A stretch of DNA of 64,000 bases, from contig JAQFVV010000008.1 of NCBI GenBank assembly GCA_028023455.1, forward strand, positions 6,696,001-6,760,000, in the 5' to 3' direction. The notes below the pieces were generated by a model. That model made no database searches and was not told where the DNA came from. It was given only the letters and a program-made list of their open reading frames with translations. Both the position numbers and the translations under genes were made by a program. This stretch comes from Epiperipatus broadwayi (Eukaryota > Animalia > Onychophora). Below are positions 24,600 through 38,429 of this stretch, one piece after another (positions within the stretch are counted from its first letter, which is position 1; each line of letters opens with the position of its first letter).

Positions 24600-24915
24600 A
24601 TAGTAAACTTCTCACAGAAGAAACATCCCACAGAATCTACAAGATCGCATGCATCCAAGCTGGATGCAATGCTGTCTACTATAGAATCACATGCCATCCT
24701 TATCACAAGGCTATCATTAACACCAATACCTATATAATAAGATGGGCAATCCAGAATTCCGATCCATATTTCTTGAACACCAAAATACAATTGGTCATGC
24801 ATTTGAACCCATAGCAGCCAGCATTGCATGTATTGAAAGAAACTGTGCCAAGTGCAAGATTAAAGATGTGGCACATTGCCACTGACCCCAATACCATTAA
24901 CAAAAAGGAATCTTG
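24600..24915 (+). pseudogene. Penelope-like element GIY-YIG endonuclease remnant
   Basis: Across frameshifts reads HRIYKIACIQAGCNAVYYRITCHPYHK ... FLEHQNTIGHAFEPIAASIACIERNCAKCKIKD..HIATDPNTINKKE. This fits the PLE pattern VYKIPC..C.AVYIG.T ... EH....H.F......E.N..KRKIKE..HI....N.IN. Confidence 0.7.
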
Positions 24916-27249
24916 TTTTCCTTTTTCAAAAAAATGAACTATTTAATCCACTGAACTCATTTGAATAAATTTAAATAAACTTATACTATATTTACATACA
25001 CAACTCTCCTACCTATCATTCAGTGCTATGAATATGGTACCAGGAAGGTATCAATAGCACTAATCTCATTTAAAATTATGTAAATACTAAGCTTTCCTTA
25101 TATCTTTCCAGCACTAGAAAGTCAATAGAATTAATTATGTAAATGAAATAATAAATGTTAAGAAAAATAGTAGAATTAAAATTGTAAAAAACTGAATTTC
25201 GGAAAAATGACTGATCATGCAGATAATTAAGTTCAGTTTAATAAAATGTTGAATGAGATGTTCAAATTTATAAAAATTTGAGATGGAAATAAGTATAAAG
25301 CTTAAATTATATGAATAGATGTTAAAAATATAATATCAAATATCTATTTATTCTTTGCCCAAAGGTAATAGAGTAACCCAAACAAATAAGTATATTTGAT
25401 TCTTTTTAGTAGTATTTTGCTATTGTTGGCCAACTTTTAACTGATTTTTTTCCCCCAGATTCATTTTGGTATTAAGAGTGACATCATAAACTTTAATGAA
25501 ATGCTTTCATCGTTAATATGGATAACTTTAAAATAAATTAATACTTCTAAATATTTAGGACACTGATTATGTGAGAATTGAGGAAATGAGAAAGATATTA
25601 GCATGAGAATTGTAATATTCAAAAAAGCAAAGTGATTGGAAGCTTTTGAAATAGCCGTAATTGAATTGCTTCAGTTTGAAATACATGTATGAAAGTATTT
25701 TTTTAAAAAAATCATTATTTTGTGAAGAGAAATTGAATTAAATATTAATGAAGAGTATGCTACAGAGAAATATAAAAAGTATAAGGTAAAAAGAAAGACT
25801 TAAATGTTATTGTGAATTAGGTAATCACAGTTTTCCATTTGCAGAAGTTCTCAGCATAGCGAGTGGTAAGAATAGAACAGATTGAAAATCAGTTGTGATC
25901 TTACATGAAGATCTACAATAATAATAATGGGGTATTTTGGAACTGAATTTGTGACAGGATTTCATTTGTCACATAAATGTTTAAGCAACTCAAATTAGGA
26001 AATTTTTATCTGTCCCAAATGTGGCAGAATCTTTAATCATCATATCTGATAGATTTCACAAGCAGTAGAAATAATCATAATTTCAGTAGCAGTAAAGATG
26101 GTAAAACAAGAGATAGTGTAATATTTAAATTAAGTATATATATATGGAAGTTTGTTGTAGTTACTTTTAATAAAACTTATTTTGTAAAGGAAATAAATTG
26201 AATTAAACATATAGATAGCTGTAAGTTTTTTGAAAGAAAGAAAATTCTATGGCATTGGATTTATTATGAGTTTATATTCTTAGATGTAGTAGTGAAAGGT
26301 TAATAAATGATGCTAAAATGTTGAACAATTCCATGCTCTCTTAATGGTGCTTATTTTTTAACATTACATTTAGAATGTTCCAAGAAAGCCTCTGAACTTT
26401 TTATCAGCTAGTATTATATAATCAATATCATTCAAAAATTGAATTTTTCTTTTCGGAACTTTGACTGATGTGGAAGAAGCAGTAAATTTTGCCCCAAAGT
26501 TATTAGAAATAATGATATTAGGCTCTTAGGCAGAAAAAGTATATAGGACCTTAGATGCACCCATGCTTAAAAACTGATATTTTCAGATTGTTATAGTTAT
26601 GAGTCAAAATATAATATTGAACGAATTATATATTAGTATATTTCAATGTTAAATTATAACTACATTAAAAGATAAGTCTTATTCTAAATGTAATAGTGGG
26701 AAATTTGATTGTTTTTTTTTAGAAGCAACAAGTAATCATGCTATATTTTAATGGCTATTAAGTTAGTTTTGCCAGTTTGGATTTTGAAGGCTTGTCATGC
26801 TAGTGAACCATGAAATTCTCTTAAGGAAGATAATGTGAATATGAATAAATGTATGTTTGGATTTATAAAAATAATCTTTATTTATTTATTTATTTTGACA
26901 ATGGTTATATTTTTAATGGCTTAATAAAAAGAAAACATTTCTTTCTTCTTAGCAAAATAATAAAATGAATGTAGTGTTTTTAAACAATATAAAAGATTAA
27001 ATTATGTTGAAGTTGAACAACTGACAAGAAGTCTTAAGAATGATTAATGGATTAAATTTGCAGAGGAGATAACACTCTTTTCCATTACTTTAGTTCTATT
27101 TTTGATACATTGAAAGTAACTTATTATCATAGATCTACTCATTCAATGGAAAGTACTTTTTTATATGACAACTGTGATATTTTGAGTAATAATACAAGAA
27201 TTTATATTACTATTTTTAATATGATATCCAACTTCTATTTCATTTAGAT

Positions 27250-27360
27250 TTGGGCAAGATTATTCAACATGATATTAAAAGAACTCTTCATAATCTTCAA
27301 AACAGAAAGACTGCAGACCCTGGCAAAGTACCTGGTGAAGTTTTAAAATGTGGTAATATG
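27250..27360 (+). mobile_element. Degenerate LINE RT-linker fragment
   Basis: LHNLQNRKTADPGKVPGEVLKCG resembles the LINE motif L..LKN.KAPGPDGIPAE.LK.G. Confidence 0.5.
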
Positions 27361-28405
27361 TTAACTTCAAAACTATTTTTTTTTAAAAAAATAAGAATAT
27401 ATGAACCTATGAACATGTCACTTAATCTTAAAAATATCTGTATTATGTAGTTATTTTGAAAAGACTATTATAAGGATATGCTTCATTGAATTGGGTGAGC
27501 GAAGTAAGTAGATAATAATAGACTTCCTAAAAAACAATTTTATAATTAACTTGCTTGGATTGTGTCTCAGCTCTGGTACATTTGGGGCTTAAATATTATT
27601 TGAATTTCCACAGTAATTCCTCGAGAAGTAAATTATTTGATTGTTTTATGAGATAGCCATATTTTGTTTACATTATAGATTTTATAGAAGACACTCAAAG
27701 AGGTGCACTAGATTGATTTTATTGGAAAATCATAACTGATTATACAATAAAAGAGCTATGGAAACAAAAGGTATTGAGATTTTTAGAAAGCAAGAAAGTC
27801 ATAAGATGGCAAATAAAAAACCATCATGTAACATATGTGAACATATTAGTATTTTGCAGATGGGTTTGTATAATCATCACAAAACTTATATCTTGTCTTT
27901 CTCTCTTTATCCATTCCTCCTCTTCAGGAATTAGAATTATAATATTCATTTATTGAGTGATTGATAATGTAGATGATGAATTAAGAACAATGCCAAAGGT
28001 ACAAAGACTTTGGAAAATATTTTGGAAGGTTATCTAGAAGATGATTGATATTTATAAATGGATTGACACTTAGAAATTCAAAATATTATTTGCTAGTTAA
28101 TCGTGACAAATAAAGTAACTACCTCATGGCGATGATCAAGTGTCATTGCTTAATTGTAGCACCTCTTGTCAAGTTAACTTCTGCTTTTGGATAGGGAACA
28201 TACTTCATACTGTATTTAATAATTTTCTAATACTAGTAACTAATGGGTTAATTTGAATTTTGATGTAATTTATCAATGTAAATGTAGTTATTTTCATTAA
28301 TTCATTTTAAATAATATTAGTTGAAAATTATGACTAATATAAATTATAAACATAAATTATTTATTTAAATTATAATAAGTAACAAATATATATATAATAA
28401 CTATA

Positions 28406-28600
28406 TAAAAATATTATATATTAATAATTATACAAAAGCCTTTTTCAGTACATGATTTTATGCCCATCTCAAATGTTAAACATCTATTTTATCGTTACTT
28501 TAAAATAGATGTTTAACATTTGAGAAGGATATAAAACCATGTGGCAAAAAAAAATGCTTTTTATATATAATTATTAATATATATTTTATATAATATTTTT
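28406..28600. repeat. Imperfect ~95-bp-arm palindrome with a perfect 25-bp core stem and 9-nt loop
   Basis: tctcaaatgttaaacatctatttta (28467-28491), loop tcgttactt, then its reverse complement (28501-28525). Degenerate pairing continues outward. Confidence 0.85.
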
Positions 28601-29949
28601 GTTCCTTATTGTAATTTATATGAAAAAAGAACAGCATAATGGACTTTATTAATTTCTATTTTTGATGATTATTTATTTAATGACTTTGTAAAAAAAAAAA
28701 AAAGGAATTTATATTTTCCAATAATATTGTGTTATATAAACATTTGTCGTTTTTTAATCATAGTTTTGATTTTTTTTTTCATTTTCAATTTTTTTGTTTT
28801 TTTTAATGTGTGTAATTTAGCAATTATTTTTATATAAAAAAAAAATGCTATCAATTTTTTTCCTGGATTTATTGTTTTTAATGACTGAATAAAATATCCA
28901 ATAATTACTAAATTATATGGCATGATATGAAAATTCAAAAGAAACTAACTGCATTCAGAAATTACAGAAATCTAAAACTTTTTAAATCAAGCAACAACAA
29001 GAAATATGATACCTGACCTGTTAATAATATATATGGCAAAATAAAATATTTATATTTTTTTATATACTATTTTGCTAAGGCCAGATTATAATATGACTTA
29101 TTACTATAGTAATGACAAATGATTCACCAAAAATCTTTTTAATGTAAAGTACTTCACTATTTTATGATAAGCTCTAAATTTCATTATAATTCATTAGAAT
29201 CAATAGACTGAACTGATAATATATAATGGTTTTTTTACCAACTCGTTTCTTTTATCTCTAGCAAAGTCATTATGCAAATATAAAATTAGCCCCACTCATC
29301 TTTAATGTCACCTCACATTCTATGGGATATTTCCATTTTGTTTGTATCTTGAATAAAACCAAAAATAAAGTTTTGGGATTTTGTTTCATTATTTATTCTA
29401 TTTATATTGTTGAACAATTGTAATATAATACTTACTACAACAAAATGGTTTTTCCGATTCACTTGTTTGTACAGTTCTTCATTGTTACTTTTTTTGCATT
29501 GCATTCATCCAATTATGAATAATTTTTATAGCATGTTTTTTTAATATCAATATAGTTCTCACAGAATGTTTAATCATGATTCATAATCGTATAATATAGT
29601 AATAAGTATAAACTTATTTCATGGAGCAAACATATTTTAATACATTATCAAGACAATTTACAAGCAAGATCCCCAAAGAATCATTTTTAAAATAAACCCA
29701 TTTTTTTGTTATGTTGATGCCAATCTATTTTGTCAGAAAAAAGATGGCATTGATATAAGAAAAGATAAGTAGTTTTCGCAGGTTAATTTTAAAAATGATT
29801 CTGTGGAGATCTTGCATATAAATTGCCTTAGCAACACAGACTTATTTGTTCCATGAAATAGGTTTATATTCTTAGTGTTACATATTTGATAAGCCATTAA
29901 ATTATTTACATGCTCATTAAAATAATTACTCATTAATTTGAATGTGTTC

Positions 29950-31030
29950 CCTATATCTAATATGATTTGTAACCTAATATCTTTGATTTTTTAAATCCTG
30001 TCAATGGTTGTAGACTGGTTCTTTTTCCACTCTTTTTAAATTTTATTCTATTTACACTGAAGGCCATTAGTGATATTACTTTCGTGATATACAAAATTTT
30101 TGATTTTTTATTTCAATTATTCTTTCCCAAATATAAATCATATCTTTTTTGGTTCTTTGTTTTTTATTTCTAATATAGCTTTCAGTGTTTCTTCATTTTC
30201 TCTAAGGATTATTATACCGTCTATGTATTTTAAATTCTCATTTCATATACCAGTGTTCTTTTGTTTTTGTTTTTTGCAATCTTACCCATAATTTTTTAAA
30301 ACATGTGATTAGATCTCTGTTTTGTGTCTTCTCTCTTTTTTTTTTTTTTTAATTTTATACCAGATTCTATTTTCTCAATGCCGATATTCATTTATCATAG
30401 ATATCTGTAGAATTTTTATTAGTGTATTATGTATTCAATATGAATCAAACACGATCATGTCATTATTTGTTTAATGTTGTAAATGCCTTCTGAAATTAAC
30501 AAACATGGATGATTTTTTTCCTGGCTTTTTATATACTGAGACATGTTATCATTAATTATTTGGTACTCTTGTCTATTCTAAATTTTCTTATTATTTAAGA
30601 AATTTGTTAGGACTATTTGTAAAATGCTAATTTGTGCAATCATTTTGTAATCTTGCTTCCCTTTTTATTGCATCCTTTCTTCAGTTTATTCATTGTTCTT
30701 TTAATTTCTAATAAATTATTGTCTTCATTATTTCAATATTGATGTGTAATTTCAGTAAGTTCTTATATTAATTTTTCTGAATTTTTTTCAATCAAAATTT
30801 GCTCTACGTAATTTGTAATCACATTCCAACTACCATTTCAAAATTTATTTCTTTTTAATAAACATTTTTTACATTCATCTTTTATTGTCTTCTGATTTTG
30901 GCTGTTATGTTCTAATATGTTATCATCTTGTAGTTTATCATGTTTTTGCACTGATCTTCCAGCTATTTTTGGCCGTCTTTCCTGATTGTTTTCTTTACCA
31001 CTTTGTACTTTGCTTTATGCAGGATCTTCA
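29950..31030 (-). mobile_element. Very degenerate LINE (RTE-like) RT remnant
   Basis: Minus strand reads KYKVVKKTIRKDGQK*LEDQCK (~30950), a frameshifted FV.FQKAF (~30490) and ENLKYIDGIIILRENEETLK (~30200; YADD equivalent). Confidence 0.65.
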
Positions 31031-32599
31031 ACATTAGAATTATCATTTCAGCTTTTTATCATTCATTTTTTTTGGACTATTGATAATGAAAATGTGTTTT
31101 TAATTGATCGTAACATTCAGTTATGTACTTATTCCAACTTGCCTTTGGGCAAAAAACTTAATAAGGCTCGGATAATAGCTTTTATATTTATTTCTAATTA
31201 TTTTTAATTATTTAGAATCAAAAAGAATAAAAATTGAAAAATATCAATAAATCAGTTATGTATAATACCAAGCCTGACTGTAAGGATTTTGTCACCCTAT
31301 TCAAAAACATATTTTTCTACTCTTCCCTTTAAAAAAAAACTTATTGGCATCTTAAAAATCATGATGTTAATGGAGGCTTCAGTATGTTGATCATAAATTC
31401 TCACTAGTAGCATTAGTCAATGAAAATTTATAAGGTAATGAAAAATAATTTTAAACTGTATTTTTGCAGAAAAAGACAAAAGAAAATAACACATTAATCT
31501 AAGTATAAGCAATCAATTTAATGATTTTATGCAAAGCTCTGCTTTCCAACTTTTGTTTGCCACATTCTGCACCTGATAGCTTTTATCACACATATTGAAA
31601 TATTAAAATTATTTTAAAAACTAAATTCTAATGATTGTATCAAAAAAAGAATTATTGTTAACTATCACTGTGCAAATAACTATATCTATTATTTTGGTTT
31701 TATTTTTTTAATTAAATGATTTGCTCTTAATAATTAACTCATATTCATTTGGTCTCAATTTTGTTTCCATCCCTGAAGCAAAATTATATAAATGCAAATT
31801 TTCATAAATATATTCATCAGTAAATGCTTTCAATAATAATTTTTAAAAAAATGTTTTATACAAATTTATATATTTTTAGAAAAAGACAGTGTTTGCATTT
31901 ATCATTGAAGATTACCACTTTTTAACCTCAGATCAAGGTCAACTCATGACCAGTAATGGAATCAGAAACAAATGCAAGAGAGAAGGTAATCTGCTATTGT
32001 CACAGTGGTCTGATTTTAATACTAACAGTACGATATTAAATGCAACAGAATAATACATTATTTTAAATGATTGATTTTTTTAAGATCAAAATTTAACTAA
32101 TGACATCGTGAAATTTTGTTTCAATGGAGAAAAAATAAATGATTTTAAGATCTTTTTTAAAAAAATGTAGACCCTATTTCTCTCCCATGAATATGCAGTG
32201 GTTCCACAGTCAATGCACTTAAATATAGTTTGTGCGCATTCTGAAATTATGTAGCAATGAAATAAAATTATAATTCAGATTAAAATATGTTCTTCTCAAT
32301 CATATTCATAGAAAACTAGATGCATTGTTGCTGACTGAGATGATATAAGATTTTATGAAGGAAAATGTTATTTGTAACATTAATAATTTCAATTTATGCT
32401 AATTTTATATCTCTTGGCACTTTATGCCTTCTCATCATACTATTATGGCTTTTTTCATCTTAATTTTCAATATTATAATTAATATAAAGTGATTAAAATG
32501 TGTTTTTCTCCCTAAGATTTAAATGCTTCTTTTATGAATATTTAGTTTTTTAAAAAAAGCCATATGTCTTTATTGCATGGGACTTCAAAAGAAGTTTAA

Positions 32600-32670
32600 G
32601 TGCGAGAATTGCTTCTGGGACCTCCCAATTCTATGTCAGTGCTCTACCTATTGCACCAAACTGCACAAAA
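32600..32670 (-). mobile_element. Decayed tRNA-derived SINE head
   Basis: Minus strand gtgcagtttggtgcaataggtagagcactgacatagaattgggaggtcccagaagcaattctcg has A-box and B-box remnants. Confidence 0.45.
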
Positions 32671-33309
32671 CAATATTTATTGATACCAATCTAATACAGA
32701 TTACACTATATTGTAACCAGCTTAAACATTTCTGAATATTTATAATCTGATATCATATTCCATTGAACAAAAACTTTATTTTGATTCTAAATTCAAGTTT
32801 TATATCTGATACAAGAATACTCAATAAGCTACTTTTGAGTTCAAATGTTCATAATGTTATACAACACTTGGTATGATATTTGGATGGTGATTATTTCTTT
32901 ATCTTACTAAGCTTCCAAGACCTTCAAGTTGTGTTAGATTTCTTGGAATTCAAGAAATAGAATAAACTTTTGAGGAAAATAAAAAAGCAAGCCAATAACT
33001 ACAAGGAAAAGACATAACAAAAGTAAGTTGTTAAAGATAATGATCGGTTTCATATTAAATACATGTCAAAATTTATTGAAAAATTCAGATTATAGCATAT
33101 ATATATATATATATACAGGTGTCAGACTCTTCTATCAAGATAGTCAATGGTCTTTGTATCGATAATATCCCATTTATTCTTTCCAAAATAGTAGTGATTA
33201 GGTTTCAAAAAAGAGGTGTGAATGCAACTTTTAATAATAAAATTATAGCCAATAAATATATTTGATTGAATGGTTAATTGCTCAAGAGATGATATGACAT
33301 TTGAGCACT

Positions 33310-33670
33310 GTATCAGATAAACATTTTATCATATGATCACCATTCTCTATGCTTACACAAGCTGGGTTCAGATCTATATGACTATACAAGCAAATGAACT
33401 TGAATTGAAAATATGTTTTCATTTTGGACTCAGCTTTATAGTTAACTAAAAAGGTAAAAGGTGTTTGCTGGAGGGTTGCATTAGATCCTAAGGTCTAGGT
33501 TCAGTGCTCTCAGGTCCAATGCTCCTCACTGATGAAAGCCAGAAACTAGTCTAGATATTGGATGAATAGGCACTAGATAGGGTTTTTATGCACAAACCTT
33601 CTTACATCCATTGATTTCTCTGGCTTGCATTGGATGACACTTCTGTATGGAGAGTTTTGCCTCTGATTAA
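33310..33670 (+). mobile_element. Hammerhead family A element, older copy with deleted stem II, preceded by an inverted copy of the family tail
   Basis: Colinear with 34910-35231. Core tcctca-CTGATGA-aagcca-GAAACTAGTC at 33523-33551. 33325-33355 is the reverse complement of the tail at 45965-45995. Confidence 0.85.
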
Positions 33671-34705
33671 GCACATTACCATTCAGTTATCCTAAACTGA
33701 GTTTTATTTATTTATGATAATTAATTGAGAATTGATTCTGGAATCTTTCATTTTTGAGCCCATCACTCTGCCAATGCTCTAATTCACATCAGGCAAAATA
33801 ATCAATGAGAAAGAAACAAAATTTGACAGAGTCATTTGTAATTCTGTAAATAATTAGGAACTTTCAAATATTAGATAACTTTTTTTATCTTTATTTAAAC
33901 ATTCAAAAGACCTAAATATTAAATAAAGTTACTAATATTTGAAAGCCCTTATTCATTTATAGAATTATAGAATACATTTCCTGCAATATATAAAAAAGAC
34001 AAAGATTATAATGATAAAATAAAGAGCTGATTTCAAAATTGATAATTAAGACCTAGAACTCATTGACAGCTTTTGTTTTTTTGTATCAGTCATCAATAGA
34101 ATAAGTTCCAGCAGTCAAGAGAATTATTATAGATCAGCGCATTGTTCAGAATTGTAATGAAAATTAGAAAAGATTTTAGGAACATTTTTTTAAAAATGTG
34201 ACAGAATTGTTTAAATTAATATGAAAGCTAGGCTGAAAAATAATAGGAACAATACTGATGTTTTTGATGTGATCTGATGAAGATGTTTGTGAATTTTATG
34301 GATAGCAAAGAAAACAAATAAATAGATGGCTGATCAGATTACACTTGAATCCTTTCTTAATGCAAAAGTATCTTCAGTTGAAATTACATTATGAGATCCA
34401 CTCATTCATTATAAAAGCATATAATGCTTAGAAAGTTTTTGATAGTGAAAAAAGAAAAATATAATCAGATAGAGTTTATCATTACAATAATAAATGTGCA
34501 TTTAAGAAACTTGAAAAAACAATCAAATGACAGAGCATTCTGGAGAAATGCTTGGACATTCCATTTTTGAGAAATCAGTTTTATTCGGTTGATTGAAGTG
34601 ACCCTTTTTTTAATATTCATTACTCAGCTAAGAATCAGTTTTAAAACCTTCAAGTTCACTCTACCAATGTTGAGTTAAAACATAAAAGTATTATTAATAA
34701 ATTTT

Positions 34706-35231
34706 ATCACATGTTCACTATCTCATACTAGCACATAACTGTTATTAAACAAAGCAAACTCTCCATACAGTAGTGCCATCTTGTGCCAACAAGAGAATCA
34801 ATGGATGCCAGAAGGCTTGTGCATAAAATCCCTATCTAGTGCCTAGTCATCCAATATCCCCAGATTAGTTTCTGGCTTGTGGCCAGAGACACCAAAATGT
34901 ATGGGTGCTGAATTGAGTTCAGACCCATATGACTATATAATCTATTGAGCTTAGATTGAAAATATTATTGTGTTTTCAATTTCATTCTCATAGTTTTGTA
35001 GTTAAGTAGAGTTAAAAGATGGCTGCTGGAGGGTTGCATTAGATCCTAAGATCTAGGTGCAGTGCTCTCAGATCCAAGGCTCCTCACTGACGAAGGCCAC
35101 AAGCCAGAAACTAGTCTGGGAATATTGGATGAGTAGGCACTAGATAGGGATTTTATGCACAAGCCTTCTGGCATCTATTGATTGCTCTTGTTGGCACAAG
35201 ATGGCACTACTGTATGGAGAGTTTTGCTTTG
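34706..35231. mobile_element. Hammerhead family A fold-back composite (inverted arm 34706-34884, forward copy ~34910-35231) with 13-bp TSD
   Basis: TSD attaataaatttt (34693-34705) / attaatacatttt (35232-35244). Arms 34743-34884 and 35095-35238 are reverse complements. Confidence 0.9.
35072..35130 (+). ncRNA. Minimal type-I hammerhead ribozyme (family A)
   Basis: Stem I atccaa-[ggc]-tcctca / tgggaa-[ta]-ttggat. CTGACGA at 35087-35093. a-GGC-cacaa-GCC-a. GAAAC-ta-GTC with palindromic ACTAGT. Predicted cleavage after 35116. Confidence 0.82.
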
Positions 35232-36897
35232 ATTAATACATTTTGTTTTCTTTTTCTTCACTGATATGTTTTGAAATTCAACATTTTTTTCTATTATTAT
35301 TATTTGTTTTGGAATCCATTCATTATTATCTTGAAAAAGATAATTAAAATATTTCTTGATAGTTTCATCATCTAGATTTATTATTAAATGTTTTTAGAAA
35401 AATTCAAATTTTGTTTATATTTTTTCAAATATATTCAACTCGTAATAATAACACACAGGTTAGTATAAAACACTGTTTGAAATAGTATTATTCTCATCTT
35501 TTCTCCCATTGTTGGGGCCTGACTAATGACAGTAATAGCATTGGAATCAAACTAAAAGTCTTATTTTCCTGAGTAATGAATTTAAAGTGATGCTTTAACC
35601 AACTAGGTTATTCTGTACAAGTCAATAGTCAGTAAAAATTTTATATATTTTTCTATGAGTCTTCTCCAAACAAAGAAAAATTGAGAAATCAGGAAGACTT
35701 TCATACTCAAGTATATAAAATATCTATTGATTATTGCCTTTGACTTAATAATATAATTAATTAAAAGAATTCTTTAAATTCAATATTCACAAAACTAAAG
35801 TTTTTTAGTATGAATCCAAATATTTTCATTGGTCAGACCAGCAACAACCGAGAGAATATTAAAATCAAAATGTTGTGTTCTATACTAACCTGTGTTTAAT
35901 CACTACCAATTAAAAGTATTTAGAAATTGATGTTTGAATTTTTCTAGTAACATTTAATCACTAAACTATATGATGGAAATAATCCAATATATAACTGGCT
36001 ACAAATAAAATGCCATTATCAGAAACTTTTTGATCAACTGAAATATTGAAATATTTAAATGTATTCCCTTATACCTATGTCATATACATAAGCAATAAAA
36101 CTAAATTTGTTTTATGATTCATATTGTAATGTTTCTAACAATGATGTAATTTAATTATATCAAGTAATCATTATTCTGCTAAGTTTGTTTTTTGATGTAT
36201 ATTTTGCTTTTAGCTTTTTACTCACAGATTTTATGAATTGAATTATCTAAGAATCTACTTGCCTTTATATTTTAAAATCTTTATAAACATTAAACTATAT
36301 TTACATGCATTAAAAATCTGCCTTTCTTCCAATTATGATTGTTTTATTTTTAGAACTTCTCTTACTTTTTTAACTAGGTTTCATATTGGTATTTTAATCA
36401 CTTTTATGTGATTTTGTTATTTCGGGTGCATCAAAACTTCTCTTTTCAATTGACATTTATAGATATTTTTCTACAAGTATTTAGGCTCTAAAATTTGCAA
36501 TAATTAAGGATGTGCCAAAGAAATTTAATGTAGAATTATGGTAATTATTTCATTCAAAAACAATGTGAAAAGGTAAATTATTTTCCGTAATATTATTTGT
36601 CATGGCTCTTATGCAGCATTTTTTTAAAAAATTTAATTCTTTAATATTTATAGAGGAAAAAATGTGTGTAAATTTAATTTAAAATAATAAAAATTGAACA
36701 TTGTGGAATTAAAACAAAAAAATGTCATGATACATGATGTTATCTAAGATAATTTCTGTGTTACTAAGTTTTTTTGTTTGTGTGTCAGTGTGATGGGTTT
36801 TTTTTTCACTTCACTTTTTAAAAAAATTGAACTAATAGTTCTGAAATATCCTGTGTAAAACTGCTGTGTGAAAAGCAGATTGTACTAGGTAAAGACC

Positions 36898-37225
36898 TGG
36901 AACTTAAACTAAGTACTGATTTTAAAAAGGCATTCACAATAGGTAAATAATATTAGCATCTATATTCATGAACTTAAATTAGGTACAAATTTTAAAATGG
37001 CATTCACCAGCTAAAAGTTGATCACTTTTAAGATGATTCCATAGCATATTATTATCAAGGAATAAATTATTTAAATTATCTTTACTGTTTGTAAAAGCTG
37101 TGAACTTAAATAGAATATATATTTTTAAATGGCTTCTGCGGTAATTAAGTAGCATTAGTATCTAATTCATGAATTTAAAATGAGTACCAATTTTAAAATA
37201 GTAATTGCAGCTAAAAATTGATTGT
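36898..37225. repeat. Degenerate higher-order repeat (two ~200-bp units, each with two ~70-bp subunits)
   Basis: tgaacttaaa...ttttaaaa(a/t)ggc recurs at about 36900, 36970, 37100 and 37170. Confidence 0.5.
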
Positions 37226-38429
37226 GATTATTCTGTAACATCTTGACCTATATTTTACAAATTAGAAAATAGTTACAACTCATAAAACTTCTGTAAATTA
37301 GAATATAGAGTTACTTATAAATGGAAGAAATATGATAGCTGTTTTTGAATTATGGGCCGAAGAAAAATTTCTAGAATTTCCTTTGATATTAAAAAAGGAT
37401 ACTATTTGAAGCAATCACCAAAGAAATTTTGCTTCATTGCTAAATGGAATGCAAAAGATTATGACATATGTCATATTTTGCAATGATTCCCAAAAAAAAA
37501 GTTTATGCCTAGTAAGATTGAAGATATAAAAGGCAAAAATGACAGTCTATGAAATAATGTTGCTCATGAGAATGTACCTCATATTGCAAGAAATATAAGA
37601 GGATGGAGTTTTTATGCATAAAACAACTGTAACTTGCTAAGTCTATGGGCCACAATGGTGGTAATGTTAATTTATATGTATTTCATCTATTTTTCTAATG
37701 ATTAATTCTTAATTTATAATGTCGTATTCAGATATGTAGATGTATTTGATCAATTTAATTTGTTTTATGCAATTCTGTTATGCTAGCCTAAGAATATATC
37801 CAGCCTATAAATAATATGCAATTTAATAAAAATAAAAGTTCTTTGTAAAACTGGTAGTAATTTGTTAACTTCAAAATTATTGGAAATTTTTCTTAGGAAT
37901 ATGAAGATTTTTGAAATCCACCAGATCTTAATGTTTTTGTCTTAATAAAAATAAAATGATTTGGTAAGATTGTATGCTTTAGTAATAGAATGACAAACTG
38001 TTTAGAGTCCCAGCTCTTATATAAGTCGAGGTCTCTTATAAACTCCTAAATAATAAACTATTCAATCATTATTATCATTATTATTTGACCAAAATAAGCT
38101 CTATAATTAAATTATATTAATTTTGTACATTAACGGTACATTCTTACGTGAAATGAAAATTTCAAAAACACTTGTTATTTTAAAGCTATGTTTCTTAAAT
38201 TTATTTGGCCTATCAATTCCTTTTTAGAGAAAAAAAACTATTCAGCATCTTCCCGGAAATCTGCCTTCTTTAAGTGGACAGACAAAAAAGATTGCAGTGA
38301 CAAATTTGTACTCTTTTACATATTGATATTTCTGCCATCGTTCTACAATACAATAAAGAAGTACGTTATTGTAAATAAGAATCTTTAAAGCTTATTTAAA
38401 AATCAAATATAGTTACATAGATAATTAAG

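Noticed and set aside
25022-25061. Two-tier hairpin downstream of the GIY-YIG remnant as a pLTR hammerhead
   Set aside because: No CUGANGA or GAAA core inside the stem.
25640-26050. LEAFE and FICPKCGR motifs as a LINE C-terminus
   Set aside because: Two short isolated matches with no supporting sequence between them.
37280-37660. Coding-like purine-rich stretch
   Set aside because: Could not be assigned to any transposase or host protein.
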